Positions 10,149 through 20,410 are shown, counted from the first letter of the stretch. The stretch is DNA of 64,000 nt from Kiritimatiellia bacterium (GCA_050950285.1 JBMNHG010000003.1:740337-804336), one strand, 5' to 3'. Numbers and translations: made by a program. The notes: generated by a model not told the origin, from the sequence alone.

Positions 10149-10712
10149 TCAGTCCGGGATGAAGAGTTTTTGCCCGGCGCGGATTTGGTTCGCGTTCCGG
10201 ATGTTGTTCGCGTCCATGATGCGTTTCACGGGGCAACCGTAGGCGGCGGCGATGGCGGAGAGGGTTTCGCCGGCCTGGACGACATGCTCGTAGCCCGAGC
10301 CGGAACTTCCGCCGGCGGGAGCGCGGCGTTGCGGGGACTCGGCGAAGGCCTTTTGGATTTCGGCGGAGAGGTCGTTGACGATCTGCCTGCGGGACGCTTC
10401 CTGCTCGGCCCGGAGGGCGTCGATCTCCTGCTGGAGGCGGTCGACCTTCGCGCGGAGGGCGTCGTTCTGGGCGGACTGGCGTTCGAGGGCGTCGAGGCGC
10501 TCCTCGATGTGCGTCATCGCGACGGACGTGCCTTCGCTGCGGGCGCGGAGGAGGGCGACTTCGCGGGCCTGTTCCTGGCGTTCGGCGTGGATTCGCGCGG
10601 CCTGCTGTTGTTCGGGGCTGACGGACGTCCGGCCGCGGCCGGAGCTGTAGAGCGTTTCGCATCCCGTGGCGAGGAGCAGGGCGGGGGCGAGGAGGAGCAG
10701 TGGGTTTTTCAT
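10149..10712 (-). CDS. LysM-domain lipoprotein with coiled coil
   Basis: Lipobox LATGC; C-terminal HVVQAGETLSAIAAAYG...IRAGQKLFIP. Confidence 0.9.
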   Translation of the reverse strand: MKNPLLLLAPALLLATGCETLYSSGRGRTSVSPEQQQAARIHAERQEQAREVALLRARSEGTSVAMTHIEERLDALERQSAQNDALRAKVDRLQQEIDALRAEQEASRRQIVNDLSAEIQKAFAESPQRRAPAGGSSGSGYEHVVQAGETLSAIAAAYGCPVKRIMDANNIRNANQIRAGQKLFIPD

Positions 10713-10741
10713 GGGGTGCCCTTGTCGGGGTTGGGGTCGGG

Positions 10742-12259
10742 TCAATCGCCCTGGTAGAGGTCGCTGTTCGCGAAGTGGGGTTCGGCGGTGGGGCGGAGGC
10801 CGAGCCGGCGGAGTCCGGCCTCGTCGCCCAGCGCGGGCAGGTGGGAAAGGTGCATCTCGCAGCCGCGGAGGTCCGCGAGTTTCTCCATGGCGGCATGGGC
10901 GTTGGGATCGCGCGCGGCGCTCATCGAGAGGGCGATGAGCATTTCGTCCACGTTGAGGCTGGCGTTCTTGCCGCGGAGGATGTCCTCCTTCATGTGGATG
11001 ATGGAGTGGAGGACGTCGGGGGCGAGCAGGTGGATTCCGTCCGGGATGCCGGCGAGCGCCTTGATGGCGTTGAGGATGGCGCTGGCGGCCGAGTGGAAGA
11101 GGGGGGAGTTCCTGCCGGAGACGATGCGGCCGTCGGGGAGTTCGATGGCGGTGCCGCAGCGGACGCCGTCGGGGACGAGCGTGCGGGCGTCGTTCGACTG
11201 GGCGGCGGCGCGGGCGGCGACCACCACGGGGCGGTCCTCCACCGTGAGGCCCTGGTCCTCGAGGAGCCTCTCGATGCGCTCGACGGTCGCGTGGCCGGTC
11301 ATGCCCATGGCGAATTCGCAGGCGTAGCGGAAATAGCGCCGGATCAGCTCCTGGTTGGCGGCTTCGCGGACCACGGCGTCGTCCACGATGCCCTGGCGGA
11401 TGCGGTTCACCCCCATCTCCGTGGGCGACACGTAGGGGCACGGGGCGTGGGTGAGGCGTTCCCAGATCGCGCCCAGCAGGGGGAAGGCGGCGATGTCGCG
11501 ATTGTAGTTGATGGCGGTGACGCCCCGTTTCTCCAGGTGGAAGGGGTCGACCATGTTGACGTCGCAGAGGTCCGCCGTGGCGGCTTCGTAGGCGACGTTC
11601 ACGGGGTGGTGCAGGGGAAGGTCCCAGACGGGGAAGGTCTCGAACTTCGCGTAGCCCGAGGAGTGCCCGGCGAGGCGGTCGTGGTAGATCTGGTTCAGGC
11701 AGGTGGCGAGCTTGCCGGAGCCGGGGCCGGGGCCGGTCACCACCACGAGCGGGCGGGTGGTCTCGATGTAGGGGTTCGCGCCGTAGCCGTCGGGACTCAC
11801 GATGGTGTTGATGTCGGTGGGGTAGCCGCGCGTCGGGGCATGGCAGTAGACGCGCACGCCACGATGCTCGAGGCGCGACTTGAACTGGATGGCGGAGGGC
11901 TGGTTCGCGAAGCGCGTGATGACCACCGCGCACACTTCGAGGCCCCATTCGCGCAGTTCGTCGATGAGGCGCAGGGCGTCGGCGTCGTAGGAGATGCCGA
12001 AGTCGCCGCGGACCTTTCGGCTCTCGATGGCGCCGGCGTGGATGCAGAGGAGAATGTCCGCCTGTTCGCGGAGCTGCTGCAGGAGGCGGAGCTTGGCGTT
12101 CGGGTCGTATCCGGGAAGGACGCGAGCGGCGTGCAAATCGCTGGCGAGCTTGCCGCCGAACTCCAGGTAGAGCTTGTTGTCGAACATCTCCGCCCGTTGG
12201 AGAATCGCTTCCTTCTGCGCCGCGAGATAGACCGCGCTGTCGAAACCAACCGTGTGCAT
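10742..12259 (-). CDS. DUF1846 (UPF0371) family P-loop protein
   Basis: KLYLEFGGKL, GPGPGSGKLATCL, GYAKFETFPVW, SPTEMGVN. Confidence 0.9.
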   Translation of the reverse strand: MHTVGFDSAVYLAAQKEAILQRAEMFDNKLYLEFGGKLASDLHAARVLPGYDPNAKLRLLQQLREQADILLCIHAGAIESRKVRGDFGISYDADALRLIDELREWGLEVCAVVITRFANQPSAIQFKSRLEHRGVRVYCHAPTRGYPTDINTIVSPDGYGANPYIETTRPLVVVTGPGPGSGKLATCLNQIYHDRLAGHSSGYAKFETFPVWDLPLHHPVNVAYEAATADLCDVNMVDPFHLEKRGVTAINYNRDIAAFPLLGAIWERLTHAPCPYVSPTEMGVNRIRQGIVDDAVVREAANQELIRRYFRYACEFAMGMTGHATVERIERLLEDQGLTVEDRPVVVAARAAAQSNDARTLVPDGVRCGTAIELPDGRIVSGRNSPLFHSAASAILNAIKALAGIPDGIHLLAPDVLHSIIHMKEDILRGKNASLNVDEMLIALSMSAARDPNAHAAMEKLADLRGCEMHLSHLPALGDEAGLRRLGLRPTAEPHFANSDLYQGD

Positions 12260-12466
12260 CGTGAACCATCCTCGGGCGTGTCCCGGAAACTCCTGTCGAT
12301 GGATGGGTGCCTGGGACACGGCCACGGGATATCATCATATCCGAATCCTCCGTCCTGTACAAATCCAGAATCGGCCGTCGGCCGTATTGGCGCCCCACTT
12401 GGCAATCCGGGAATCCGGAAGGTTGAGGTGTATGGGCGATCGTGGTACATTCGTCCGATCCTATCC

Positions 12467-13213
12467 ATGCATGCGCCCCTGACACGCGAGCTGTTTCAAC
12501 AGTTGCCGAAAACCTGCCTCCACCAGGGGCGGATCTTCAACGCGACGCTTTGGCGGGTGAGCCATGATGGCGAGTGGGTGGTGAAAGACGTGTCCGGGTG
12601 CCCCGCGTTATACCGGTGGACGTTCGGGCGCCTCGCCGTACGGCATGAGTACCGTGTGGTGCGCCGGTTGCAGGGATTGACGAGTGTGCCGCAGGATCCC
12701 TTCCTGATCGACGGCTGTGCGTGGGGCTACCGCCATGTCGACGGCTGTGCGCTGCGAATACTGGACGGCACGCGCTGTGGCCGCCCGTTTTTCCTGGAAC
12801 TGGAGCAGGTTGTCCGCGGCATCCATGCCCGCGGCATTGTCCATCTCGACCTGCGCAACGCGCGCAACATCCTCGTGGATGCACAGGGCAATCCGCACAT
12901 CATCGACTTCCAGGCATCCCTCTCCACGCGCCGGCTGCCGGGCAAGATACGGCGCTGTCTGGAGCGGATCGACTATTCCGGAATCTACAAGCATTGGCTG
13001 AGCCGCGACGGCGCGACGCTGGATGACGAGCGCGGCTGGATTCTCTACTGGCAGATCCGCCTGCGCCGCTTGTGGCCCTTCCACGGCTACCGCCTGCCCG
13101 GCAACCGCGCCCTCTACCAGTACGAGAACGCATTCCTCCAGCGCATGAAAGAGAGCAAGCGCGGCCGTCGGGATGGCGCGGAGGAGGGTACCGAAACCAC
13201 GGGGGAATCCTAG
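12467..13213 (+). CDS. Protein-kinase-like protein (Kdo/WaaP/RIO-like)
   Basis: VVKD, HARGIVHLDLRNARNILV and IIDF kinase-fold motifs. Confidence 0.75.
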   Translation: MHAPLTRELFQQLPKTCLHQGRIFNATLWRVSHDGEWVVKDVSGCPALYRWTFGRLAVRHEYRVVRRLQGLTSVPQDPFLIDGCAWGYRHVDGCALRILDGTRCGRPFFLELEQVVRGIHARGIVHLDLRNARNILVDAQGNPHIIDFQASLSTRRLPGKIRRCLERIDYSGIYKHWLSRDGATLDDERGWILYWQIRLRRLWPFHGYRLPGNRALYQYENAFLQRMKESKRGRRDGAEEGTETTGES

Positions 13214-13266
13214 TGCGCACCGCTGCCGGATTCCTGCGTCATGCCGCCGCGGGATATGGACTCCTT

Positions 13267-13386
13267 GAGGCGCTTGCAAAACCCCTTGCGCAAACCGGCC
13301 GGGACAGAGCCCGACCCTCGTGTGCCCCTGGGGACCGCCGTCCCCGGCGGGCCGGATGGAGTCCGGCCGGGTTTTGCAAGAGCCTC
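13267..13386. mobile_element. 120-bp MITE-like element
   Basis: 18-bp terminal inverted repeats GAGGCGCTTGCAAAACCC / GGGTTTTGCAAGAGCCTC (17/18 match); flanking 5-bp direct repeat TCCTT at 13262-13266 and 13387-13391. Confidence 0.75.
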
Positions 13387-13600
13387 TCCTTGTTTGCAAG
13401 CGGAGGTGTCTCGGATCATGCGGTAGCTGCACTTTGTCGCCGCGCTTGGCCGCTTGCGCTTTGTCCGCGCGGGCGTTTTTGCTGTCGCCCGCCATTTTTG
13501 CTTGATGGGATCCCCGCCATCCGGTACATTTCCTACCTTCCTGTTCCTGTTTTTCCGCCCGGCCCGAGTGGGAGGGGCGAATCCGAGAGGTTTTTCGACC

Positions 13601-14473
13601 ATGACACCCGTTGTTCTCGGCCTGCCGAAGGGCAGCCTGCAAGAGAGTACGTTCGCGCTGATGCGCAAGGCGGGATTCGAGCTGAACTGCGGCTCGCGTT
13701 CCTACGTGCCCTCGTGCGACGATCCCGCCCTCCAGTGCCGCCTGATCCGCCCGCAGGAGATTTCCCGCTACGTGGAGCTCGGCCTTCTCGATGCCGGCAT
13801 CACCGGCTACGACTGGATCTACGAGAACGGCTCCGACGTGCACGAGGTCTGCGAACTGTGCTATTCCAAGGCCACCTCGAACTCGGTCCGCTGGGTGGTG
13901 GCGGTGCCGAACGATTCGCCCATCCAGTCCATCCGCGACCTCGAAGGCCGGCGCATCGCCACCGAGGCGGTCGGCCTCACCCGCCGCTTCCTCGAGGCCA
14001 ACGGCGTCACCGCCGAGATCGAATTCTCCTGGGGCGCCACCGAGGTGAAGGCCCCGGAACTGGTCGACGCCATCGTCGAACTCACCGAGACCGGCTCCTC
14101 CCTCCGTGCGAACAACCTCCGCATCCTCACCACGGTGCTCACCTCCACCACGCGCCTCATCGCGAACAAGAAGGCGTGGGAAAACCCCGCCAAGCGCGAG
14201 AAGCTCGAGCAGATCGCCCTGCTCATGACCGGCGCCCTCCAGGCCGAGTCGCGCGTGCTGATCAAGCTCAACGCGTCGGAGGACAACCTCCCCAAGATCC
14301 TGTCGTTGCTCCCCTCGCTGCACGCCCCCACCGTGAACGGCCTCGATGCCGAGGGATGGCACGCCGTCGAATCGGTGGTCGAGAAGCACGCCGTGCGCGA
14401 CCTCATCCCGCCCCTGCGCGCCGCCGGCGCACAGGGCATCATCGAAATCCCCCTGAACAAAGTCATTTTCTAG
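13601..14473 (+). CDS. hisG: ATP phosphoribosyltransferase (long form)
   Basis: LGLPKGSLQ, RPQEI, DAGITGYDW, GATE, DAIVELTETGSSL, C-terminal regulatory domain. Confidence 0.96.
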   Translation: MTPVVLGLPKGSLQESTFALMRKAGFELNCGSRSYVPSCDDPALQCRLIRPQEISRYVELGLLDAGITGYDWIYENGSDVHEVCELCYSKATSNSVRWVVAVPNDSPIQSIRDLEGRRIATEAVGLTRRFLEANGVTAEIEFSWGATEVKAPELVDAIVELTETGSSLRANNLRILTTVLTSTTRLIANKKAWENPAKREKLEQIALLMTGALQAESRVLIKLNASEDNLPKILSLLPSLHAPTVNGLDAEGWHAVESVVEKHAVRDLIPPLRAAGAQGIIEIPLNKVIF

Positions 14474-14527
14474 GCCGTCCCCGGGCGGTCTCCCTCATCC
14501 TGCTGATCACGAAACAAGGAGTATATC

Positions 14528-14620
14528 GTGGGTTCGATCAAGAAAAAGCGCCGTGCGAAGATGTCCAAGCACAAGTACAGAAAGCGCATGAAGGCCAACC
14601 GGCACAAGAAGAACAAGTAG
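14528..14620 (+). CDS. Small basic AURKAIP1/COX24-domain (bS22-like) ribosomal protein
   Basis: GTG start after AAGGAG; MGSIKKKRRAKMSKHKYRKRMKANRHKKNK. Too short for the ORF track. Confidence 0.88.
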   Translation: MGSIKKKRRAKMSKHKYRKRMKANRHKKNK

Positions 14621-14631
14621 GCGGGGGAAAA

Positions 14632-15738
14632 ATGCCTTTGACGACCATCCTCAGGGTGGTTGCCGCCAGCGTTGCCGCTGTGATCCTGGCCGTCGGCTGC
14701 CGCTCCCCGGGGACGGCGCCGGCGGCTTTTCGTGCTTCCGGAACCACCCTTCCCGACTCTTCCGCAGAATCGGCTCCCGAGGCTTCGGACTCCTCCGCGG
14801 AACCCTCCGGACTCCTCCAGAGGGTTGCACGCCTCGCTCGCGAAGGGAACTTCGACGAGGCCGAGTCCCTGCTCCTGCGCCGCATGGAGGAGAATCCGGC
14901 AGACATCGCGGGCGCCATGGCCCTGGCCTCCCTCTACGAGACGTTCCACGGAATCCACCCCGCGCACCAGATGTGGTCGGAGAAGGCCGAAGACGGCGAA
15001 GAGCCCCTCCCGCACCTCCTTGCCGCACTGCTCGCCCATCGGATCGGCGACGTCCCGGGCGAACTCCGCGAATACGCCGCCGCGTACGACATCCTCCGCG
15101 GGCGAGGCCTCGCCACGGACAACTTCATCGGCTTCTACGCCATGACGCTCGAATCTCGCGGCCGCCCCGACGACGCGGAAAAGATCCTCCTCGACGCCTT
15201 GCTCGACCGCCCCCGCAGCGCACGCCTCCTTAACCACCTCGCCTACCTGTGGGCCGTCCGGGACATGGAAATCGGCCGCGCCGAGGCCCTCTCGCGCAAG
15301 TCCCTCGAACTCGAACCCGACAACCCGGCCTACCTCGACACCCTCGGCTGGATCTGCTTCCGGGCCGGACGCCCCGAAGAGGCCATCTGGCATCTCTCCA
15401 AAGCCCTCCACATCGGAGGACCGGATCCCGAAATCCTCGACCACCTCGGCGAGATCTTCTACTCCTGCGGCCAGGACGAAGCCGCCATCTGCGCCTGGCT
15501 CGACAGCCTTGCCCTCGATCCCGGCCAGCCCCGTGTCGTCGAGAAGCTCCGAAACGTCTGCCACTCGCTCTTCGCCGACGCGGTGAAGAGCGAATTCCTC
15601 CCCTCGCCCTCCGAGGAAGTCGGCGAGACCGAAGCCGGCGAGACCGAAACCGGCGAGGCGGAAGCCGGCGGGACCGAAGCCGACGAGACCGGCGAGGCGG
15701 TTCATCCGGACGAAGACGCGCCGCCCGACGCCCCCTAG
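14632..15738 (+). CDS. TPR-repeat lipoprotein
   Basis: Lipobox AVGC; TPR motifs LNHLAYLWA and PDNPAYLDTLGW; acidic EAGET repeats at the C-terminus. Confidence 0.85.
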   Translation: MPLTTILRVVAASVAAVILAVGCRSPGTAPAAFRASGTTLPDSSAESAPEASDSSAEPSGLLQRVARLAREGNFDEAESLLLRRMEENPADIAGAMALASLYETFHGIHPAHQMWSEKAEDGEEPLPHLLAALLAHRIGDVPGELREYAAAYDILRGRGLATDNFIGFYAMTLESRGRPDDAEKILLDALLDRPRSARLLNHLAYLWAVRDMEIGRAEALSRKSLELEPDNPAYLDTLGWICFRAGRPEEAIWHLSKALHIGGPDPEILDHLGEIFYSCGQDEAAICAWLDSLALDPGQPRVVEKLRNVCHSLFADAVKSEFLPSPSEEVGETEAGETETGEAEAGGTEADETGEAVHPDEDAPPDAP

Positions 15739-15759
15739 ACGCTGCGCCCGTCGCCTCCC

Positions 15760-17274
15760 ATGGGCTCCTTCCTCCATCTCGAACACGTTTCGTTCTCGTT
15801 CCCCGGCATGACCAAGCCGCTGTTCGTCGGCGTGGATGCCCATTTCCCGCCGGGATGGACCGGCATCGTCGGGCCGAACGGGGCGGGCAAAACCACGCTG
15901 CTGCGCCTGGCCATCGGCGACCTCGAGCCGCAGGCCGGCCGCGTCGTTCGGCTCGCCACCGCCGCGCACGTCCCCCAGCGGACCGACGAACCGCCGCCCG
16001 GCGCCGCCGGCTTCCACGACGCCTGCGACCCCGAAGCCCTCGACATCCGCCGCCGCCTCGGCATCGGCGAGGAGTGGCTGGACCGCTGGGACACCCTCAG
16101 CCACGGCGAACGCAAGCGCTTCCAGATCGCGGCGGCACTCTGGCACGAGCCCGACCTCCTCGCCCTGGACGAGCCGACCAACCACATCGACGCGGACGCC
16201 CGGCGCCTGCTCGTCGACGCCCTCCACCGCTTCCGCGGCGTCGGCCTCCTGGTGAGCCACGACCGCGAGCTTCTCGACGGACTCTGCGGACAATGCCTCT
16301 TCATCGATCCGCCCGGCGCCGTGATGCGCCCCGGCGGCGTCACCGCCGGCGCCGGCGAGGAACGCCGCGAACGCCGGTTCGCCCGGGAGAAGGACGACGA
16401 CCTCCGCGCCTCCGCCCGGCGCCTCCGCCGCGCCGCCCAGAAGCGCCACGAAGAGGCCCAGCAGCAGGCCAAGGCCCACAAGGCCGCCCGTTCGCGCAAG
16501 GTGCCGACGAACGACCACGACGGCCGCGCCAAGCGCCAGCTCGCGAAGCTCACCGGCAAGGATTCCTGGGCGGCGAACCAAAGCGCCGCCCTCGCCCGGC
16601 GCGCCGGCAAGGAGCAGAAGGCCCGCGCCGGCCTCGGCGTGAAGAAGGAGTACGAGATGGGCTTCTGGCTCGAGGACGCCGGCTGCTCCGCCCGCAACGG
16701 ACTCGTCCGGCTCGAACCGTGCTCCCTGCCGCTGGGGGACGGCCGCTTCCTCCATCTCCCCGGGCTGCGCGTCGGCCCCGTCGACCGCATCGCCGTCACC
16801 GGGCCGAACGGCTCCGGGAAAAGCACCCTCGTGCGCCGCCTCCTGGACATCGCGAACGTCCCGCCCGGGCGCATCATCTCCGTGCCCCAGGAAATCACCG
16901 CCGAAGAGTCCGCGCGCCTCCTCGGGGAAACGGCCGCCATGCCCCGCGAGGAACTCGGGAAGGTGATGACCTGCTTCAGCCGCCTCGGGTCGCGCCCCGC
17001 CCGCCTGCTCGAAAGCGAAGTCCCGACCCCCGGCGAAATCCGCAAGCTGCTCCTCTCCCTCGGCGTCGTGCGCGGCCCGCATCTCATCGTGATGGACGAG
17101 CCCACCAACCACCTCGACCTCCCGAGCATCGAATGCCTGGAAGAGGCCCTTGCGGCGTGCCCCTGCGCCCTTCTCCTCGCGAGCCACGACGAACGCTTCC
17201 TCCGGGCGGTCACGACGCGCCGCTGGAGCCTCCACCCCGAATCCAACGGCGACACCCGCCTTCGCGTGGACTAG
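15760..17274 (+). CDS. ABC-F family ATPase (two nucleotide-binding domains, no TM helices)
   Basis: GPNGAGKTT, LSHGE, LDEPTNH; second domain GPNGSGKST, MDEPTNHLD. Confidence 0.9.
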   Translation: MGSFLHLEHVSFSFPGMTKPLFVGVDAHFPPGWTGIVGPNGAGKTTLLRLAIGDLEPQAGRVVRLATAAHVPQRTDEPPPGAAGFHDACDPEALDIRRRLGIGEEWLDRWDTLSHGERKRFQIAAALWHEPDLLALDEPTNHIDADARRLLVDALHRFRGVGLLVSHDRELLDGLCGQCLFIDPPGAVMRPGGVTAGAGEERRERRFAREKDDDLRASARRLRRAAQKRHEEAQQQAKAHKAARSRKVPTNDHDGRAKRQLAKLTGKDSWAANQSAALARRAGKEQKARAGLGVKKEYEMGFWLEDAGCSARNGLVRLEPCSLPLGDGRFLHLPGLRVGPVDRIAVTGPNGSGKSTLVRRLLDIANVPPGRIISVPQEITAEESARLLGETAAMPREELGKVMTCFSRLGSRPARLLESEVPTPGEIRKLLLSLGVVRGPHLIVMDEPTNHLDLPSIECLEEALAACPCALLLASHDERFLRAVTTRRWSLHPESNGDTRLRVD

Positions 17275-17396
17275 GTGCGCCACCCTCCCGGGAATTCGGT
17301 TGACCCGTCCCGGCGAACGTGCGAATATCCCGGCCAACAGCGTTTCGCGGGCATGCCGCCCGCGCAAAAACCAGGTTCAACCATCACGGGGATCCC

Positions 17397-18512
17397 ATGA
17401 AAAAGACGAAGGTCGGTATCGTCGGGTGCGGCGCCATCAGCGGCATCTATTTCCAGAATTGCCACAAGGTCTTCCAGGACATCGAGGTCGCCGCGTGCGC
17501 CGACTTGATGCCGGAACGGGCCGAGGAGAAGGCCCGGGAGTTCGGCGTGGCCAAGGCCTGCCCGGTCGACGAGCTTCTCGCCGACCCCTCCATCCAGATC
17601 GTCGTGAACCTCACCGTGCCCAAGGCGCACGCGGAAGTCGCCACCGCCGCCCTCCAGGCCGGCAAGCACGTCCACGGCGAGAAGCCGCTGAGCGTGAACC
17701 GCGCCGACGCCAAGGCCCTGCTCGCCCTCGCCAGGAAGAAGGGGCTCCGCGTGGGTTCTGCGCCGGACACCTTCCTCGGCGCCGGCATCCAGACCTGCCG
17801 CAAGCTCATCGACGACGGCTGGATCGGCCGCCCCGTCTCCTGCACCGCCTTCATGCAGTGCGCCGGCCACGAGAGCTGGCATCCCTCCCCCGAGTTCTAC
17901 TACGAGCTCGGCGGCGGCCCGATGCTCGACATGGGCCCCTACTACCTGACCGCCCTCGTGAACCTGCTCGGCCCCGTCAAGCGCGTCACCGGATCCACCC
18001 AGAGCGCCTTCAAGACCCGCACCATCACCAGCCAGCCCAAGTTCGGCAAGGTCGTCCCCGTCGAGACGCCCACCCACATCGCCGGCGTGATGGACTTCGC
18101 GAACGGCGCGGTCGGCACCATCATCACCAGCTTCGACGTGGTGGCCCACCACCTTCCGAACATCGAGATCCACGGAACCGAGGGATCGCTCCAGGTGCCG
18201 GATCCGAACGGCTTCGGAGGCCCGGTGCGCCTCTTCCGCCGCGGCATGCAGGAGTGGCAGGACGTCCCGCTTTCCCACGGCTACGCGGACAACTCCCGCG
18301 GCATCGGCGTGGCGGACATGGCCCTCGCCATCCGCCAGAAGCGCCCGCACCGCGCCAATGGCGATCTCGCCTTCCACGTGCTCGACCTCATGCTCTCCTT
18401 CGAGGAAGCCTCCACCACCGGCCGCCACGTGCAGGTCAAGAGCACCTGCGAACGCCCCGCCCCCATGCCCATGGGCATCGGCTACGGCCTGCTCGAGCCC
18501 ACGCTGGAATAA
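17397..18512 (+). CDS. Gfo/Idh/MocA family oxidoreductase
   Basis: GIVGCGAIS, GKHVHGEKP, GGGPMLDMGPY. Confidence 0.92.
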   Translation: MKKTKVGIVGCGAISGIYFQNCHKVFQDIEVAACADLMPERAEEKAREFGVAKACPVDELLADPSIQIVVNLTVPKAHAEVATAALQAGKHVHGEKPLSVNRADAKALLALARKKGLRVGSAPDTFLGAGIQTCRKLIDDGWIGRPVSCTAFMQCAGHESWHPSPEFYYELGGGPMLDMGPYYLTALVNLLGPVKRVTGSTQSAFKTRTITSQPKFGKVVPVETPTHIAGVMDFANGAVGTIITSFDVVAHHLPNIEIHGTEGSLQVPDPNGFGGPVRLFRRGMQEWQDVPLSHGYADNSRGIGVADMALAIRQKRPHRANGDLAFHVLDLMLSFEEASTTGRHVQVKSTCERPAPMPMGIGYGLLEPTLE

Positions 18513-18538
18513 CCCCCCGACACCTTAGGAAGGCCACC

Positions 18539-19330
18539 ATGAAAAAAACTCCCGTCATCGCCGCCCAGCTCTATACCCTCCGCGACTTCATGCGCGTTCC
18601 CGCCGACATGGCGACGACCCTGAAGCGCGTGAAGAAGCTGGGCTATGACGCCGCGCAGGTCTCGGGCGTGGGCCCCATCGACCCCGCCGACCTCCGCAAG
18701 CTCATGCTGGACGCCGGCGTGACCCCCATCGGCGCGCACGTGGGGCTGGACAAGTTCCGCGCCGACCTGAAGGGCGTCGCCGCATACTGCCACGCGCTCG
18801 GCATCTCCTACGTGGCGATCCCGTGGCTGGACAGCAAGGCCTGCAAGACGACGGCCGACTGGAAGAAGCTCTTCCGCGAGTTCGAGGGCTTCGCCACGAA
18901 GCTCGCCAAGGAGGGCATCCGCGTCCAGTACCACAACCACATGTTCGAGTTCGAGCAGTTCGGCGTGAAGAACGGGAAGGGCGGAACGACGCTCCTGGAG
19001 ATGCTCTACGCCGGAACGAAGACCCTCCAGTCCGAACTCGACTTCGGCTGGGTCGCGCGCGGCGGCCACAGCCCCGCGAAGTGGGCGCTCCGCATGGCGG
19101 GCCGCGCCGACCAGGTGCACCTCAAGGACTGGAGCATCGTGAACGGCGACGAGATCGTCTGGCGCGCCGTCGGCGAAGGCGGCATCGACTGGCCGGAGGT
19201 CTTCAAGGCCTGCAGGAAGGCCGGCACGAAGTACTACATCGTGGAGCAGGACTCCTGCCCGATCACGGGAGACCCCTTCAAGAGCCTCGCCATCAGCCGC
19301 GCCAACCTCGGGAAGATGGGCCTCGGCTGA
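18539..19330 (+). CDS. Sugar phosphate isomerase/epimerase (TIM barrel)
   Basis: AQLYTLRD, YHNHMFEF, ELD, VHLKD, YIVEQD. Confidence 0.88.
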   Translation: MKKTPVIAAQLYTLRDFMRVPADMATTLKRVKKLGYDAAQVSGVGPIDPADLRKLMLDAGVTPIGAHVGLDKFRADLKGVAAYCHALGISYVAIPWLDSKACKTTADWKKLFREFEGFATKLAKEGIRVQYHNHMFEFEQFGVKNGKGGTTLLEMLYAGTKTLQSELDFGWVARGGHSPAKWALRMAGRADQVHLKDWSIVNGDEIVWRAVGEGGIDWPEVFKACRKAGTKYYIVEQDSCPITGDPFKSLAISRANLGKMGLG

Positions 19331-19352
19331 GCCGCCGCAATCCTCTTCGAAC

Positions 19353-19395
19353 AAAAAAAACGGCGCGCCGCGAAAAAAGCGGCGCGCCGTTTTTT
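19353..19395. terminator. Bidirectional intrinsic terminator
   Basis: A8-CGGCGCGCCGC-loop-GCGGCGCGCCG-T6 between convergent genes. Confidence 0.9.
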
Positions 19396-19414
19396 GCGGT
19401 TGCGCGCGGAGTCG

Positions 19415-20410
19415 CTAGCGGTTCGCGAACTGCGCGTCGAAGGCGATCGAGCTCGGGGCGAAGTCGATGCTGCGGACAAATTCGCAGGCTTCGAGGGCGC
19501 CGTGGCAGCGATCCATGCGGGAGTCCTCCCATTCCACGGAGAGCGGGCCCGTGTACTGGATGTCGTTGAGGGCCACGATGATCTCCTCGAAGTTGATGTC
19601 GCCGCGGCCGGGGGAGCGGAAGTCCCAGTAGCGGCGCGGGTCGGCGAATTCGGTGTGGCCGCCGAAGACGCCCACGCTGCCGTCGCCGTGGCCCCACCAC
19701 GCGTCCTTGATGTGCACGTGGAAGATGCGGTCCGGGAAGGTGCGCAGGAACTTCACGTAGTCCACGCCCTGGTAGCCGAGGTGGGAGGGGTCGAAGTTGA
19801 AGCCGAAGGCCGGGTGGTTGTCGACGGCGTCGAGGGCGCGCCGGGCGGTGACGATGTCGAAGGCGATTTCGGTGGGATGGACTTCGAGGGCGAAGCGCAC
19901 GTCGTTTTTGGCGAAGACGTCGAGGATGGGCTTCCAGGTCTTCGCGAACTCGGCGTAGCCGGCGTCGAGCATCTTCTGCGTGACGGGCGGGAAGGAGTAG
20001 AGCAGGTGCCAGACGGGGGAGCCGGTGAAGCCGGTCACGACCTTCACGCCGAGGTTGGCGGCGGCCTTGGCAGCCTTCTTCTGCGCTTCGATGGCCCACT
20101 TCTTCGCGGCCTTCGGATCGCCCTTGAACTTGGCGGGGGCCCAGTCGTAGTGGCGTTCGTCGATGCGGTCGCAGGTGAGCTGGCCGGAGAGGTGGTTGCC
20201 GAGGGCCCAGGTTTTCAGCCCGTGGTTGTCGAGGATGGCGAGGCGGTCTTCGCAGTAGGCCTTGCTCCTCGACGCCTTGTCCAGATCGACGTGGCCGCCC
20301 CAGCAGGCGAGTTCCAATCCGTCGTAGCCGAACTCCTGCGCGAGCCTGGCGACTTCCTCGAGCGGGAGATCCGCCCACTGACCGGTGAATATCGTGACGT
20401 TGCGAGCCAT
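19415..20410 (-). CDS. Sugar phosphate isomerase/epimerase (IolE/IolH-like TIM barrel)
   Basis: [34 protein letters not shown]. Confidence 0.88.
   Translation of the reverse strand: MARNVTIFTGQWADLPLEEVARLAQEFGYDGLELACWGGHVDLDKASRSKAYCEDRLAILDNHGLKTWALGNHLSGQLTCDRIDERHYDWAPAKFKGDPKAAKKWAIEAQKKAAKAAANLGVKVVTGFTGSPVWHLLYSFPPVTQKMLDAGYAEFAKTWKPILDVFAKNDVRFALEVHPTEIAFDIVTARRALDAVDNHPAFGFNFDPSHLGYQGVDYVKFLRTFPDRIFHVHIKDAWWGHGDGSVGVFGGHTEFADPRRYWDFRSPGRGDINFEEIIVALNDIQYTGPLSVEWEDSRMDRCHGALEACEFVRSIDFAPSSIAFDAQFANR

Noticed and set aside
13213..13435. 6S RNA, suggested by a long irregular hairpin and a TCAAGG...GCGGCGGCAT stretch on the minus strand
   Set aside because: The core stem is better explained as MITE terminal repeats with a target duplication, and the outer pairing is poor on that strand. 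An Rfam scan would settle it.
15616..15699. 15-bp degenerate repeat (EAGET) at the TPR protein C-terminus
   Set aside because: Ordinary low-complexity acidic tail.
3197..17367. Very long Arg/Pro/Gly-rich ORFs (e.g. 1861, 1949, 1335, 965 aa) overlapping real genes
   Set aside because: Shadow frames and run-ons typical of high-GC DNA; only segments with recognisable motifs were kept.
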